A DNA stretch of 64,000 bases from an uncultured Oscillospiraceae bacterium. GTDB lineage: Bacteria > Bacillota > Clostridia > Oscillospirales > Oscillospiraceae. Positions within the stretch are counted from its first letter, which is position 1, and every line of letters begins with the position of its first letter. Positions 8,714-19,343 of this stretch are shown here, piece after piece. The stretch spans positions 17,996 through 81,995 of the forward strand of contig CALWYG010000051.1 in assembly GCA_944385695.1 (NCBI GenBank). Reading direction: 5' to 3'. The position numbers and the translations under genes were made by a program. The notes beneath the pieces are model-generated. The model searched no databases. It saw only the letters and a list, made by a program, of their open reading frames with translations, and was not told the DNA's origin.

Positions 8714-11404
8714 TCAATGCGCCTCTGCCCAGCTCGTCCCGGCGTGGGTTTCGGCCAGCAGGGGGACGGACAGAGCGGCGACCCCCTCCATCTCCTCTTC
8801 CACCAGCTTGCAGACCCGCTCTGCCTCCCCTTCGGGGCACTCCACGATGAGCTCGTCATGGACCTGGAGGACCAGCTTGCCTTCCAGCCCTTCGGCCTTC
8901 AGACGGTTCCGCACCCGGATCATGGCCAGCTTGATGATATCGGCGGCGGTGCCCTGAATGGGGGCGTTGAGGGCCACCCGCTCGCCAAAGGAACGGGTAT
9001 TGAAGTTAGAGGACTTTAATTCCGGGATCCACCGGCGGCGGGCAAAGAGGGTGGTCACATAGCCGTCTTTCTTCGCCTGCTCTACCACGCCGTCCATATA
9101 GGCGCGGACGCCGGAATAGTGCTCAAAGTATTTTTCCATATACTCCTTAGCCTGCTGCACGCTCACCCCGATATCTTGGGAGAGGGAGAAGGGGGAGATG
9201 CCGTAGACAATGCCGAAGTTTACCGCCTTGGCGCTGCGGCGCATGAGGGGGGTAACCTCTTCCAGGGACACGCCGAAGACCTGGGAAGCGGTAATGGTGT
9301 GGATGTCATCTCCCGAGTTGAAACCGTCGATCATGGCCTGGTCTCCCGCCATGTGGGCCAGAAGGCGCAGCTCGATCTGGGAGTAGTCCGCATCCACCAG
9401 CACCTTGCCCGCCGGGGCCACGAACATCTTCCGCAGCTGGGCGCCAAGCTCGGTGCGCACGGGGATGTTCTGGAGGTTGGGCTCGGCGGAGGACAGCCGC
9501 CCGGTGGCGGTGACGGTGTTCTGGAAGGAGGTGTGGATGCGCCCGTCGGGGGCAATGACCTTTCCAAGCCCCTCCACATAGGTGGAATTGAGCTTAGTGA
9601 GCTGGCGGTACTCCAAAATAGCCTCGATGATGGGGTGCTGGCCCCGGAGCTTTTCCAACACCTCGGCGTTGGTGGAGTAGCCCGTCTTGGTCTTTTTCAC
9701 CGGGGGCAGGCCCAGCTTGTCAAAGAGAATTTTGCCCAGCTGCTGGGTGGAGTTGATGTTGAAGGTGTTCTCCCCGGCCAGGGTGTAGATCTCCTCCTGG
9801 ACCGCTTCAATGCGTCCGGAGAGCATTTGTCCAAACTCCGCCAGGGCCCCCCGGTCAATGAGAAAGCCCTCCTGCTCCATCTCGGCCAGTACGCCGCACA
9901 GGGGCAGGTCGATGGTTTCGTAAAGCTCCCACATGCCCAGCTCCCGGAGCCGGCCGGTGAGGGTCTCACGGAGGGAGCCAATGAGGGATGCATGGGACAT
10001 CAGGGCTCCCATGGGCACGGCCGGATCAGCCAGAGGGCCGAAAGCACCCTCGGTCAAGTAGTCCTTTGCCTTGGGAAATTCCTGATTGTAGTAGGTCATC
10101 CCCAGCTTTTCCAGCTCATAGCTGCCGTCCGAGGGAGCCAGCAGGTAAGCGGCCACCTCCGTGTCGAAGACGAAGCCTGCGGGGGCGATGCCCTCGGAGA
10201 GCAGGGCGCGCCACAGGGCTTTTAGGCTGTGAGTGGCTTTTTGGATGTCCTCGGCGGCAAAAAATTCCGTCAGGAAGTGGTTGTAACCCTCCAGCCGGTC
10301 GGCAAAGAGGAGGGCGGCGTGGCGCTCACTCTGGGAGAGGCGGCACTCCACACAGACCCCGTCCAGATTGGGCAGGGCCAGAACATTGACGCAGTTTGCC
10401 TTCCGCCACAGCTGGAACAGCTCGGCCAGGCGCTCCTGAGTCTCCACCACCTCGCTGGAGCAGACCCCTTCCACGGCGCGCTCCATCTGGGGAGCACCCT
10501 CCCCCTGGGGGGCGGTGAGGTGATACTTATCAATGAGCTTGGCAAACTCCAGGTTTAAAAAGAGCTGATAGAGCTTGTCGTTGTTCACCTCCCGGCGGAG
10601 ATTGTCCTCGGGGGTGAAGTCCAGGGGGGCGCTGCAGCGGATGGTGGCCAGGTTGTAGGACATCCGGGCCATCTCCTCTCCCTCCTGAAGCTTCTTGATG
10701 ACGCCGGGCTTGGCAGGGGTTCCGGGAGCCATCTCCGGGGTGGGCATGGCGGCGTAGAGCGCGTCAATGGAGCCGTAGCGCCCCACCAGGGCCATGGCGG
10801 TCTTTTCCCCCACCCCCTTGACCCCGGGGATGTTGTCGCTGGCGTCCCCCATGAGGGCTTTCAGGTCGATGATGTGGATGGGGTCAAAGCCGTACTCCTC
10901 CCGGAAGGACTCCGGGGTCATGTCCCGGGTGGTGGTGCGGCCCATGCGGGTGGACACCAGCTTGACGGTGGTGGTGTCGGTGACCAGCTGGAGGGAGTCC
11001 TTGTCGCCGGTGACAATGACGGTCTCCCACCCGGCAGCGGTGTCCTTGACGGAAATGGTGCCGATGAGGTCGTCCGCCTCCCAGCCGTCCATCTCGTACA
11101 TGGGGATGTTCATGGCAGCCAGGACGTCCTTTAAGATGGGCATCTGGCTGGCCAGTTCCTCGGGCATCCCCTTGCGTTGGGCCTTATACCCCTCATACTG
11201 GAGGTGGCGGAAGGTGGGGGCCTTCCGCTCAAGGGTGACACACAGGGCATCGCGAGCGGCATCGTCCAGCAGCTTGCCCAGAATGTTCAAAAATCCGAAG
11301 ATGGCGTTGGTGGGCTGGCCCTCCCGGGTGGTCAGATTCTGGCTGACTCCGTAAAAGGCCCGGTTGACAATGGAATTGCCGTCGATGACCATCAGTTTTT
11401 TCAT
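8714..11404 (-). CDS. polA: DNA polymerase I
   Basis: 5' nuclease (IDGNS, EADD, GDASDNIPGV) and polymerase motifs (DYSQIELR, RRSAKAVNFGIVYG, QVHDEL). Confidence 0.97.
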   Translation of the reverse strand: MKKLMVIDGNSIVNRAFYGVSQNLTTREGQPTNAIFGFLNILGKLLDDAARDALCVTLERKAPTFRHLQYEGYKAQRKGMPEELASQMPILKDVLAAMNIPMYEMDGWEADDLIGTISVKDTAAGWETVIVTGDKDSLQLVTDTTTVKLVSTRMGRTTTRDMTPESFREEYGFDPIHIIDLKALMGDASDNIPGVKGVGEKTAMALVGRYGSIDALYAAMPTPEMAPGTPAKPGVIKKLQEGEEMARMSYNLATIRCSAPLDFTPEDNLRREVNNDKLYQLFLNLEFAKLIDKYHLTAPQGEGAPQMERAVEGVCSSEVVETQERLAELFQLWRKANCVNVLALPNLDGVCVECRLSQSERHAALLFADRLEGYNHFLTEFFAAEDIQKATHSLKALWRALLSEGIAPAGFVFDTEVAAYLLAPSDGSYELEKLGMTYYNQEFPKAKDYLTEGAFGPLADPAVPMGALMSHASLIGSLRETLTGRLRELGMWELYETIDLPLCGVLAEMEQEGFLIDRGALAEFGQMLSGRIEAVQEEIYTLAGENTFNINSTQQLGKILFDKLGLPPVKKTKTGYSTNAEVLEKLRGQHPIIEAILEYRQLTKLNSTYVEGLGKVIAPDGRIHTSFQNTVTATGRLSSAEPNLQNIPVRTELGAQLRKMFVAPAGKVLVDADYSQIELRLLAHMAGDQAMIDGFNSGDDIHTITASQVFGVSLEEVTPLMRRSAKAVNFGIVYGISPFSLSQDIGVSVQQAKEYMEKYFEHYSGVRAYMDGVVEQAKKDGYVTTLFARRRWIPELKSSNFNTRSFGERVALNAPIQGTAADIIKLAMIRVRNRLKAEGLEGKLVLQVHDELIVECPEGEAERVCKLVEEEMEGVAALSVPLLAETHAGTSWAEAH

Positions 11405-11477
11405 GGTGGGACCTCCAAAGTGGACAAAAGAATTGACATTTCATATTAGTATAGCAGTTTTTCCCGCCAAGGGCAAG

Positions 11478-11504
11478 AAAAAACGGGGCCGCTGTGCGGC
11501 CCCG
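11478..11504 (-). terminator. Terminator after ABC ATPase
   Basis: cggggccgc-tgt-gcggccccg with T-run on minus strand. Confidence 0.7.
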
Positions 11505-11512
11505 AAAAGAGA

Positions 11513-12097
11513 TTATGATATGACGTGAAGGGGCGGTCCATCCAGGCTGAGAACCAGGTCGGCGTTGCTTAGAAGATCCGGCTCGTGGCTGACCAGGAGG
11601 ATGGGGGCCTCCCAGGCCTTCAGCCGCTCCAAAATGCGCAGAGCCCGGGGAAGGTCTACCCCCGCAAAGGGCTCATCCAGCAAATAGAGCTTTGCCTCCA
11701 GAGCCAGGCACCGGGCAAGGGCCAGCCTTCGGCCCATGCCCCCGGACAGCTGGGCCGGGTAAGTATGGTCTTCGCCGGAGAGCTCCACCAGCTCCAGAAG
11801 CTTCGGTGCCTCGTCCCAACGGGAGCGGGGAAGCACATCGGTGAGCTGCTGCCGGGCGGTGCGCCAGGGGAGCAGCCGGTCATCCTGAAAGAGCAGGGCG
11901 GTTTGCTGGGGTGAAATGTCTCTTAATGTGCCCGCCTGGGGGTGTTCCAGCCCGGCCAAAATCCGAAGCAGTGTGGTTTTGCCGCAGCCCGAGGGGCCCT
12001 GAAGGGCGATAATTCCCCGGTCCGGAATACTTAGGGAGAAGTCCTCCAGCACCACCTTTTCTCCAAAGGAGAGGGAGAGATGCTCGCAGAGTGTCAT
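11513..12097 (-). CDS. ABC transporter ATP-binding protein (NitT/TauT type)
   Basis: [20 protein letters not shown]. Confidence 0.88.
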   Translation of the reverse strand: MTLCEHLSLSFGEKVVLEDFSLSIPDRGIIALQGPSGCGKTTLLRILAGLEHPQAGTLRDISPQQTALLFQDDRLLPWRTARQQLTDVLPRSRWDEAPKLLELVELSGEDHTYPAQLSGGMGRRLALARCLALEAKLYLLDEPFAGVDLPRALRILERLKAWEAPILLVSHEPDLLSNADLVLSLDGPPLHVIS

Positions 12098-12876
12098 GTG
12101 CCCCACCCCTTTCTCCAACGGGCCATGGTCCGGCGCAGGAGGGCTTCCAGCACCAGACTGAGCGCCACGGTCACTGCGGTCCAGGCAAAGAGCTCGGGAA
12201 TTTCCAGCATGTATTTGGTATTATAGATTTGGGTGCCCAGGGCGGGGCGGGGGAGACACAGAACCTCCGCGGCCACGCCGGATTTCCAGGCCAGCCCCGC
12301 TCCGGTGGTGAGTGCGGAGAGAATGTAGGGCCGCAGGGAGGGCAGATAAATAAGGGTCAGTCGTTTCTTCCGGGAAAAGCGGTAGGCCCGGCCCAGCTCC
12401 AGAAGCTTTGGGTCGGTTGCCCGGATCCCCTGAGACAGGTTGTCCCACACCACAGGCAGTACCATCATGGCGGCAATGACCGTGGGGACATTGTTGCGCC
12501 CGGTCCACAGGATCACCAGCAGGATAAAAGAGGCCACCGGGGCTGCCCGGATGACCCGGATGGCGGGGGAAAAGAGCCGGTCGCACCAGGTGCTCAGACA
12601 GGTGAGCGCCGCCAGAAGGGACCCCAGCGCCGCCCCCAGCACAAGGCCCAGCACCACCCGGAGAAGGGTGGCCAGGATGCTCTGCCAGAACAGGGCCTGT
12701 CCGGCCTGCTCCACCAAGGCGGACCAAACGGTGGCGGGATAGGGGAGAAGCAGTTCATTCCCCTTGCCCTGGACGCTCTGATCCACCAAAAAGGCAAAAA
12801 ACTGCCAGACCCCCAGCCAAAAGACGGGGGCCAGCAGCTTTTGCAGAACGTTTTTTAGGGGGTTAGCCCACCCCAT
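12094..12876 (-). CDS. ABC transporter permease (NitT/TauT, SsuC-like)
   Basis: TM pattern, [20 protein letters not shown]. Confidence 0.85.
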   Translation of the reverse strand: MGWANPLKNVLQKLLAPVFWLGVWQFFAFLVDQSVQGKGNELLLPYPATVWSALVEQAGQALFWQSILATLLRVVLGLVLGAALGSLLAALTCLSTWCDRLFSPAIRVIRAAPVASFILLVILWTGRNNVPTVIAAMMVLPVVWDNLSQGIRATDPKLLELGRAYRFSRKKRLTLIYLPSLRPYILSALTTGAGLAWKSGVAAEVLCLPRPALGTQIYNTKYMLEIPELFAWTAVTVALSLVLEALLRRTMARWRKGWGT

Positions 12877-13954
12877 AGTAGAAGGAGTCGTAGGGGAGTC
12901 CGCCGCCGATGGAGTCGGGAGCGGTCTGGAAGAGAATGGAGTAATAGTCCTCCAGCATGGTGTGCATCTCCTTGCCGGTCACATAAGTGAGGTTACACTG
13001 GGGAATGGCCATCTCAGCCACCTTGGCGTTGGGGGTGATGCCGAACTGGGCCACAAGCTCGGCAGCGTCCGTAAGATTGTCCGGGTTGGACATATAGGCG
13101 ATGGACTCCTCATAGGCGTTCAGGAATGCCTCCACACCCTTGGGGTTCTCCTCGATATACTGGGTGCGGGCCACAATGCAGCCCATGGGCAGGGGGCCTT
13201 CACCCAGGTTTTCCCACTCCTCAGACAGGGACAGAGCCTGGCGCACGCCGCTGTCTTGGATCAGCAGGGCGGTGGCGGCGGGGACGGGGAGCATGCAGAT
13301 CCCCGCGTCGGAGGAGGTGAGTTTGGCGGTGATCTCCTGGGGGGTGAGCCACTGGATGTCCACATCGCTGGTGGACACGCCGTTTTTCTCCAGCAGGTGG
13401 TTGAGAATGTGCTCGGGGTTGCCGCCCTTGGTGTTGGAGGGGCAGTAGAGGGTCTTGCCCGCCAGGTCGGCCATGGTCTGGACGGTGTTGCCCTTCTCCA
13501 GAATATAGAGCACGCCCAAGGTGTTCACGGCCAGCACCTGAATGCCGCCGTCGGTCTTGGCGGAGAGGTTGGCGGCAGCGTTGGTGGCGATGGCGGCGAT
13601 GTCCGCATCCCCGTTGGTGAGGGCGGCGGCCACCTCGGTGTTGTCGGCCACCACTTCGGCAGACGCAAGGATACAGGGGGCGCCATCAGGGGTGGAGCCG
13701 TTTTCCCGGGCATAGTCCTGATCGGCCATCAGCTTGGCCGCGCCCACACCGGTGGGGCCGGAGAGAACCATCAGCTTGGGCAGGGTGAAGCCCTCGGAGC
13801 CGGAGGAGTCGCCGGTGGAGGCAGAGGCGGAGCTGGAGGAGCTCTCCGAGCCGGAGGCAGAAGAACTGGAGGAGGCGGTATTCTTGGGGCCGCAGCCGGC
13901 CAGCATGGTCACAGCCAGAGCAGCGCACAGAAGCAGAGAAAGAGTTCGTTTCAT
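12863..13954 (-). CDS. ABC substrate-binding lipoprotein (NitT/TauT type)
   Basis: Lipobox LAGC, Ser-rich linker, GPTGVG, AVNTLGVLY; start MKRTLS. Confidence 0.85.
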   Translation of the reverse strand: MKRTLSLLLCAALAVTMLAGCGPKNTASSSSSASGSESSSSSASASTGDSSGSEGFTLPKLMVLSGPTGVGAAKLMADQDYARENGSTPDGAPCILASAEVVADNTEVAAALTNGDADIAAIATNAAANLSAKTDGGIQVLAVNTLGVLYILEKGNTVQTMADLAGKTLYCPSNTKGGNPEHILNHLLEKNGVSTSDVDIQWLTPQEITAKLTSSDAGICMLPVPAATALLIQDSGVRQALSLSEEWENLGEGPLPMGCIVARTQYIEENPKGVEAFLNAYEESIAYMSNPDNLTDAAELVAQFGITPNAKVAEMAIPQCNLTYVTGKEMHTMLEDYYSILFQTAPDSIGGGLPYDSFYYGVG

Positions 13955-14018
13955 GGTGATAAAAGTCCTTTCCGGCGGAACGGTTCCGCCTATGGTAAAA
14001 TGTGGAGTTGCCGGAGAT

Positions 14019-14047
14019 AACATAGCGCCTTTTTCTCCCCGTGTCAA
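14019..14047 (-). promoter_or_regulatory. Sigma-A promoter of the ABC operon
   Basis: TTGACA-17 nt-TATGTT. Confidence 0.65.
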
Positions 14048-14067
14048 TGAGAAACAGCGCGAAAAAA

Positions 14068-14622
14068 CTACAAGCTGGCCAGGTAGGCCGCAGGGCCGCT
14101 CTCGTAGAGGTCTCCTCCATGGGGGTCCAGGATGACGGTAAGGGGGAAGTTTTTCACCTCCAGCTTCCGCACCGCCTCGCAGCCCAGGTCCTCCCAACAG
14201 ATGACCTCCAGCTCCTTGACGCTGGCGGCCATCAGGGCTCCGGCCCCGCCCAGAGCGGCCAGGTAGACCGCGCCGTTTCGTTTGACTGCATCCTTGACGG
14301 CCTGGTTTCGGGCGCCCTTGCCGATCATAATGGCCTGTCCCAGGTCCAAAAGCCGGGGAGAGTAGGCATCCATCCGCCCGCTGGTGGTGGGTCCTGCGGA
14401 GCCGATGACCTCCCCGGGGCGCTCGGGGGTGGGCCCCACATAGTAGAGGGCGGAGCCCTCCACGGGGAAGGGCAGGCGCTTGCCCTTGTCCAGAAGCTCC
14501 ATCATCCGCTGATGGGCGGCGTCCCGGGCGGTGTAGACGGTGCCGGAGAGGAGGACCGTGTCTCCGGCGCGCAGAGGGGCCAGATCTTCCGGGGAGACCG
14601 GGGTGGTGAGATGATACTGCAT
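14068..14622 (-). CDS. Fe-S hydro-lyase (class I fumarase/tartrate dehydratase) beta subunit
   Basis: YTARDAAH, GPTTSGRMD, IGKG, EDLGCEA. Confidence 0.9.
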   Translation of the reverse strand: MQYHLTTPVSPEDLAPLRAGDTVLLSGTVYTARDAAHQRMMELLDKGKRLPFPVEGSALYYVGPTPERPGEVIGSAGPTTSGRMDAYSPRLLDLGQAIMIGKGARNQAVKDAVKRNGAVYLAALGGAGALMAASVKELEVICWEDLGCEAVRKLEVKNFPLTVILDPHGGDLYESGPAAYLASL

Positions 14623-14634
14623 AGCGCTCCCTCC

Positions 14635-15474
14635 TTACAGCACCGCCGAAGCCCGGCGGGTCACATGGCAGCTGACGTTCACGGCCACCGGAAGCCCCGC
14701 CACATGGGTGGGGGCGGTCTCGATGGCAAGCCCTAAGCAGGTGGTTTTGCCGCCAAAGCCCTGGGGGCCAATGCCCAGGGCGTTGATCTCCTCCAGCAGC
14801 TCCTGCTCCAGGGCGGCGTAGTAGGGATCGGGGTTACACTCGTCCAGGGGACGCAGCAGGGCGTGCTTGGCCAGGGCGGCCACCTTGTCAAAGCTGCCCC
14901 CTATGCCGATGCCCAGAACCGTGGGAGGACAGGGGTTGGGCCCAGCTAATTTGACGGTCTCTATCACAAACTTTTTCACGCCCTCCACTCCATCGGCGGG
15001 CTTGAGCATCCCAAGGCGGCTCATGTTCTCGCTGCCAAAGCCCTTGGGGGCCACGGTGATCCTGCATTGGTCCCCGGGCACCAGGCGCACAGTGATGGCC
15101 GCGGGGGTGTTGTCTCCGGTGTTCACCCGGCGCAGGGGGTCGGCCACGATGGATTTGCGCAGGTAGCCCTCCCCGTAGCCCTGGCGCACGCCCTCATGGA
15201 TGGCCTGTTCAAAGTCACCTTCCATATGGACGTCCTGGCCCAGCTCCACAAAGACGCAGGCCATGCCGGTGTCCTGGCAGATGGGCAGGTTTTTCTCCTT
15301 GGCCAGGGTCAGATTGTCTTCCAGAAGGCCCAGGGTCTCCTTGGCCAGGGGCCAGGGCTCGGCTTGACGGAATGAGACCAGGGCGGCGGCCACATCCTGG
15401 GGGAGGCTGGTATTGGCTTTGATGCACAGCTGGGCCACCGTGTCTGTAAGAGCGGCGGCGGAAATGGTTTTCAT
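14635..15474 (-). CDS. Class I fumarate hydratase alpha subunit
   Basis: PICQDTG, KGFGSENMS, NPCPP, CHVTR. Confidence 0.9.
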   Translation of the reverse strand: MKTISAAALTDTVAQLCIKANTSLPQDVAAALVSFRQAEPWPLAKETLGLLEDNLTLAKEKNLPICQDTGMACVFVELGQDVHMEGDFEQAIHEGVRQGYGEGYLRKSIVADPLRRVNTGDNTPAAITVRLVPGDQCRITVAPKGFGSENMSRLGMLKPADGVEGVKKFVIETVKLAGPNPCPPTVLGIGIGGSFDKVAALAKHALLRPLDECNPDPYYAALEQELLEEINALGIGPQGFGGKTTCLGLAIETAPTHVAGLPVAVNVSCHVTRRASAVL

Positions 15475-15537
15475 AGGACAGCATCCTTTCGTTGAAGGGT
15501 CCCGCGGATGCGGGGGATTGGGAAAAGGCGGGCGGCG

Positions 15538-16176
15538 TTATTCCTCCTCCTCTGAAGAAGAGGCATCAGGGGAATACTTTGCAAAAACACGTTCCATGAA
15601 GCAGGTCCAGAGCAGCGCCACAAGACAGGGCAAAATGAGCATCGGAACCCAATAGAGGGCGCTCACCAGTCCGGCCAGCACAGCTGAGATGACCAGCAGC
15701 ACCGTTACGGGCAAATAGGCGATGGAACACTGGAAGCTTATCTTCACCGCACCCAAAAGCGAGAAGGAAAACCGGGACAAAATAGGAAACGCCCAGCAGA
15801 ACGCCCCCAGTGGAATGACTAAGAATATCGCATAGGCGGCCAAAACGATTTTGGCGCCCGTCAGATCGGCCAGCACCGCAAGCCAGAAAAACCGCAGGGG
15901 GATCAGCAGAAGAAAGCCGGTGACCAGGAAGATCAGGCTGAGGAAGACCCCTTCCTTGAACTCCCGGCGGAAGGTGGAGAAATAGCGGGACAGAGCGCCC
16001 GCCTTCCCCCGCCGGACACACCGGGCGGCCGCATCGTATAGGGCGGCGGTGGCCGGCCCCAGGGTGACCAGGGGCAGGGAGGTGAAGACCCACAGAAGGC
16101 TCAGGGCCAAAAGATCCACCAGGGAGCTCATCAGACGCCAGAAGGGGGCTTCCGGGTTAAACAGGGAGGAGAACAT
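15538..16176 (-). CDS. YesL/DUF624 family membrane protein
   Basis: LLWVFTSLPLVTLGPATAALY motif; divergent from sugar ABC locus. Confidence 0.8.
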   Translation of the reverse strand: MFSSLFNPEAPFWRLMSSLVDLLALSLLWVFTSLPLVTLGPATAALYDAAARCVRRGKAGALSRYFSTFRREFKEGVFLSLIFLVTGFLLLIPLRFFWLAVLADLTGAKIVLAAYAIFLVIPLGAFCWAFPILSRFSFSLLGAVKISFQCSIAYLPVTVLLVISAVLAGLVSALYWVPMLILPCLVALLWTCFMERVFAKYSPDASSSEEEE

Positions 16177-16306
16177 AGGTACAACACCAGCCTTGGGCAG
16201 ATTTGGACAAGCTCACGTAGCTTAACTTCCATCATACCACGCAAACGTGTCCTTTGTCACCCCCTGGTGTGAATCCTTTTTTGCCGGGGGAAATAAGGTC
16301 CATGCC

Positions 16307-16335
16307 TTGAAAAGAATGGGAAACAATGTTAAACT
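16307..16335 (+). promoter_or_regulatory. Putative sigma-A promoter of AGE epimerase
   Basis: TTGAAA-17 nt-TAAACT with extended TG. Confidence 0.5.
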
Positions 16336-16390
16336 ATAAAAAGTGGATTCTTGGAGGAGCGACCGATTATTATGAAATGAGGTGTCTGAC

Positions 16391-17536
16391 ATGGATGTGA
16401 AACAAACGCTACAGGACAGCCGCGCCTGGGTTCAGGAGCAGCTGAAAATCAGCGTGGAGTTCTGGCTGAAAAACGGCATGGACCCCAAGCACGGCGGCGT
16501 ATATACCTGTTTGGACCGAAAAGGCGAGATCTATTCTACCGATAAAAGCGTATGGATGCAGGGGCGCTGCGGCTGGATGTTTGCCCACCTGTGCCATGTG
16601 TATGGAGTGAAGGACGAGTGGCTGGCGGCCAGCAAGAGCTGCCTGGACTTTATGGAAAAGTACTGCATTAACCGCCAGGCGGGGGACCGGATGTACTTTA
16701 CCGTTACCGAGGACGGCAAGCCCCTGCGCCAGCGCCGGTACTTCTATTCTGAGGCCTTTTACGCCCTGGCCAACGCCGAGTACTACGGTGTCACCGGGGA
16801 GCGGGAGTGCCTGGAGCGGGCCCGGAAGGCCTATGATATCTACTGGAGCCTGAGCCACGGGGGAGAGGACCCCACCGGCCTTGGCCCCAAGACTATCCCC
16901 GAGACCCGTTCCGGCCGTGCCTTCGGCCTGCCCATGATTATTCTAAACGTGACGGGCACCATGCTGCGGGTGGACCCCGAGCGCAAGGAAATGTACGAGC
17001 AGTATGCCCAGCAGTGCGTGGACGAGATTTTTAAGTACCATGTGAAGCCCGAGCTCAAGTGCGTGCTGGAAAATGTGGATGTGGACGGAACCCCGCGTCT
17101 TTACTACACCGAGGGCCGCACCGTCAACCCCGGCCACGACATCGAGGGCTCTTGGTTCCTGCTGGAGCAAGCTGAACGCACCGGGGACAAGGAGTACGGA
17201 GGACTGCTCTACTTTATCGACTGCCTGGGCAAGCCCCCGGAAGCTTACGAGCACGACATGAAGCTGTGGTGGCCCCACAATGAGATCCTCATCGCTTCCA
17301 TGATGCTCTACCGGGATACCGGCGATGAAAAATATCTGGAGTGGTTTGTCAAGACCCTGGACTACTGCAAGGCACACTTTGCCGACCCCGAGTACGGCGA
17401 GTGGTACGGCTACCTCCGCCGGGACGGCCTGCCCACAATGCCATCCACCAAGGGTTCCACCTTCCAGGGCCCCTTCCATCTGCCCCGCTGTCTCATCATG
17501 GTGGATCAGATGATCGGCCAGATTCTGGACAAGTAA
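16391..17536 (+). CDS. N-acylglucosamine 2-epimerase (AGE family), apparent internal in-frame deletion
   Basis: DKSVWMQGR, NPGHDIE, KLWWPHNE, GPFHLPR; ATG start (GTG 16382 alternative). Confidence 0.88.
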   Translation: MDVKQTLQDSRAWVQEQLKISVEFWLKNGMDPKHGGVYTCLDRKGEIYSTDKSVWMQGRCGWMFAHLCHVYGVKDEWLAASKSCLDFMEKYCINRQAGDRMYFTVTEDGKPLRQRRYFYSEAFYALANAEYYGVTGERECLERARKAYDIYWSLSHGGEDPTGLGPKTIPETRSGRAFGLPMIILNVTGTMLRVDPERKEMYEQYAQQCVDEIFKYHVKPELKCVLENVDVDGTPRLYYTEGRTVNPGHDIEGSWFLLEQAERTGDKEYGGLLYFIDCLGKPPEAYEHDMKLWWPHNEILIASMMLYRDTGDEKYLEWFVKTLDYCKAHFADPEYGEWYGYLRRDGLPTMPSTKGSTFQGPFHLPRCLIMVDQMIGQILDK

Positions 17537-17758
17537 ATCCTGCGTTTACAAGCGGGCTCTGCACTGCTGCAGAGTCCGCTTATTCTGTCCGCGGGAGAAA
17601 CGCTTATGTATCCCTGGGAAAACCTGGTTCCGTGACCGCCCCAAAATGGAAAAAAGACGTGTGGGACGAGGGCGGTTTTTGCCCGCTGGGATTTCTGACA
17701 ATTCTTAGGAAAACATACCGGTGAAACGGGCGGAAGGGAAATTATTTCACGGAAACCC

Positions 17759-17787
17759 TTGACAAAAAGGGGGGTGTCTTGTACAAT
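17759..17787 (+). promoter_or_regulatory. Sigma-A promoter of sialic-acid ABC operon
   Basis: TTGACA-17 nt-TACAAT. Confidence 0.75.
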
Positions 17788-17851
17788 TCTAACAGATAGT
17801 TCCGCGAAAAAATGTGGGAATTTATCGAATTTTTTGAGGAGGAAATGAAAG

Positions 17852-19204
17852 ATGAAACTGAAAAGAATTTTTGCTCTGGGTCTCGCCCTGGCGATGACCC
17901 TGAGTCTGGCCGCTTGCGGCGGCAAAACCAGCACCTCCCAGTCCGGCTCCAGCGCCGCTGCCTCCGGTGGCTCCAGCGCCTCCGGCAGCGCCACTGAGAT
18001 CTCTCTGTGGGCCTTCAACATCGGCGGCTTTACCGAGGCTTCCAACTGGGATTCCCTCATCTCCGCCTTTAACGAGAAGTACCCCGACATCAAGGTAACC
18101 GTCACTCCCATCAACTATCAGGACGGCGACCAGAAGCTGACCAGCGCCATCAGCGGCGGCAGCGGCCCCGACATCGTCTTCGAGGGTCCTGAGCGTATCG
18201 TGGGCAACTACGCCCGTGAAGGCCTGATGGTGGACCTGACCGACCTCTGGACTGCCAGCGGTTCCGACATTGCCGAGGGCATTAATTCCGTGTCTCAGCT
18301 GGACGGTAAGTACTACCTGTATCCTCTGAGCGCTGCCGCTCACTGCATGGCCATCAACTACGAGGCCTTTGAGGCTGCCGGCGCCCTGCAGTACATCGAC
18401 GAGACCACCCGCACCTGGACCACTGACAACTTTGTCAAGGCCATGGAGGCTGTCCGCGATGCCATCAACGCCGGTACCATCGACGTGACCGTGCCCGGCA
18501 TCATCTACTGCGGCGCCCAGGGCGGCGACCAGGGCACCCGCGCTCTGGTGAACAACCTGTACTCCGACTACTATGTCACTGAGGACGGTTCTTCCTACAA
18601 CGCCAACAGCGCCAACAATGTCAAGGCTCTGACCCTGCTGCAGGATATGGTGAACAACGGCTCCATGTCCGCCAACGCCAGCTTCGCCGCCGCCGACGAG
18701 CTCCAGGCCTTCGCCAACCAGACCTGCGCTGTCTCCTTCTGCTGGAACTACTCCAACTACTCCCAGTACGCCGCTCAGACCCAGTTCACTCCCTTCGCCA
18801 TGGCGTTCCCCTCTGACGATGGTACTCCTGAGCTGGAGATGGCCGGCCCCTACGGCTTCGGTATCTTCGACAACAAGGACGAGGCCAAGATTGACGCCGC
18901 CAAGAAGTTTGTCGACTTCATCTGCAATGACCAGGCTGCCGGCACTGAGGCTGTCAAGACCACCGGCTTCTTCCCCGTCCACTCCGACTGGGGCGATGTC
19001 TATGCCGATGCTGAGGACGCCGATGTCCGCGCTCCCTTCGCTCTGATGAACGACTATCTGGGCCGTTACTACAACCTGACTGGCGGCTGGACCGAGCAGC
19101 GTGCTCTGTGGTGGCCCATGCTCCAGGCGATCATGACCACCGGCGCTGATGTTCAGACTGCGGCCGACGACTTCGTTGCCCAGGCCAACGCCAACATCGG
19201 CTGA
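17852..19204 (+). CDS. Sugar ABC substrate-binding lipoprotein, SatA-like (sialic acid)
   Basis: Lipobox LAAC; QGGDQGTRA motif as recalled for pneumococcal SatA; nanA in same operon. Confidence 0.8.
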   Translation: MKLKRIFALGLALAMTLSLAACGGKTSTSQSGSSAAASGGSSASGSATEISLWAFNIGGFTEASNWDSLISAFNEKYPDIKVTVTPINYQDGDQKLTSAISGGSGPDIVFEGPERIVGNYAREGLMVDLTDLWTASGSDIAEGINSVSQLDGKYYLYPLSAAAHCMAINYEAFEAAGALQYIDETTRTWTTDNFVKAMEAVRDAINAGTIDVTVPGIIYCGAQGGDQGTRALVNNLYSDYYVTEDGSSYNANSANNVKALTLLQDMVNNGSMSANASFAAADELQAFANQTCAVSFCWNYSNYSQYAAQTQFTPFAMAFPSDDGTPELEMAGPYGFGIFDNKDEAKIDAAKKFVDFICNDQAAGTEAVKTTGFFPVHSDWGDVYADAEDADVRAPFALMNDYLGRYYNLTGGWTEQRALWWPMLQAIMTTGADVQTAADDFVAQANANIG

Positions 19205-19257
19205 TCGAAACACAAAGCGAAATCAGTCCATTGAACCTGATGTAACCTGAGCGCTCT

Positions 19258-19297
19258 GTGCCCGCTCCCTGAAGAGAGGGGGCGGGCACAATTTTTT
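19258..19297 (+). terminator. Intercistronic stem-loop after the binding-protein gene
   Basis: gtgcccgctccct...agggggcgggcac followed by T-run. Confidence 0.6.
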
Positions 19298-19343
19298 CCG
19301 CTGCCTGCGGAAACACATCCAGAACCAAGAGGGGGAGATATTT

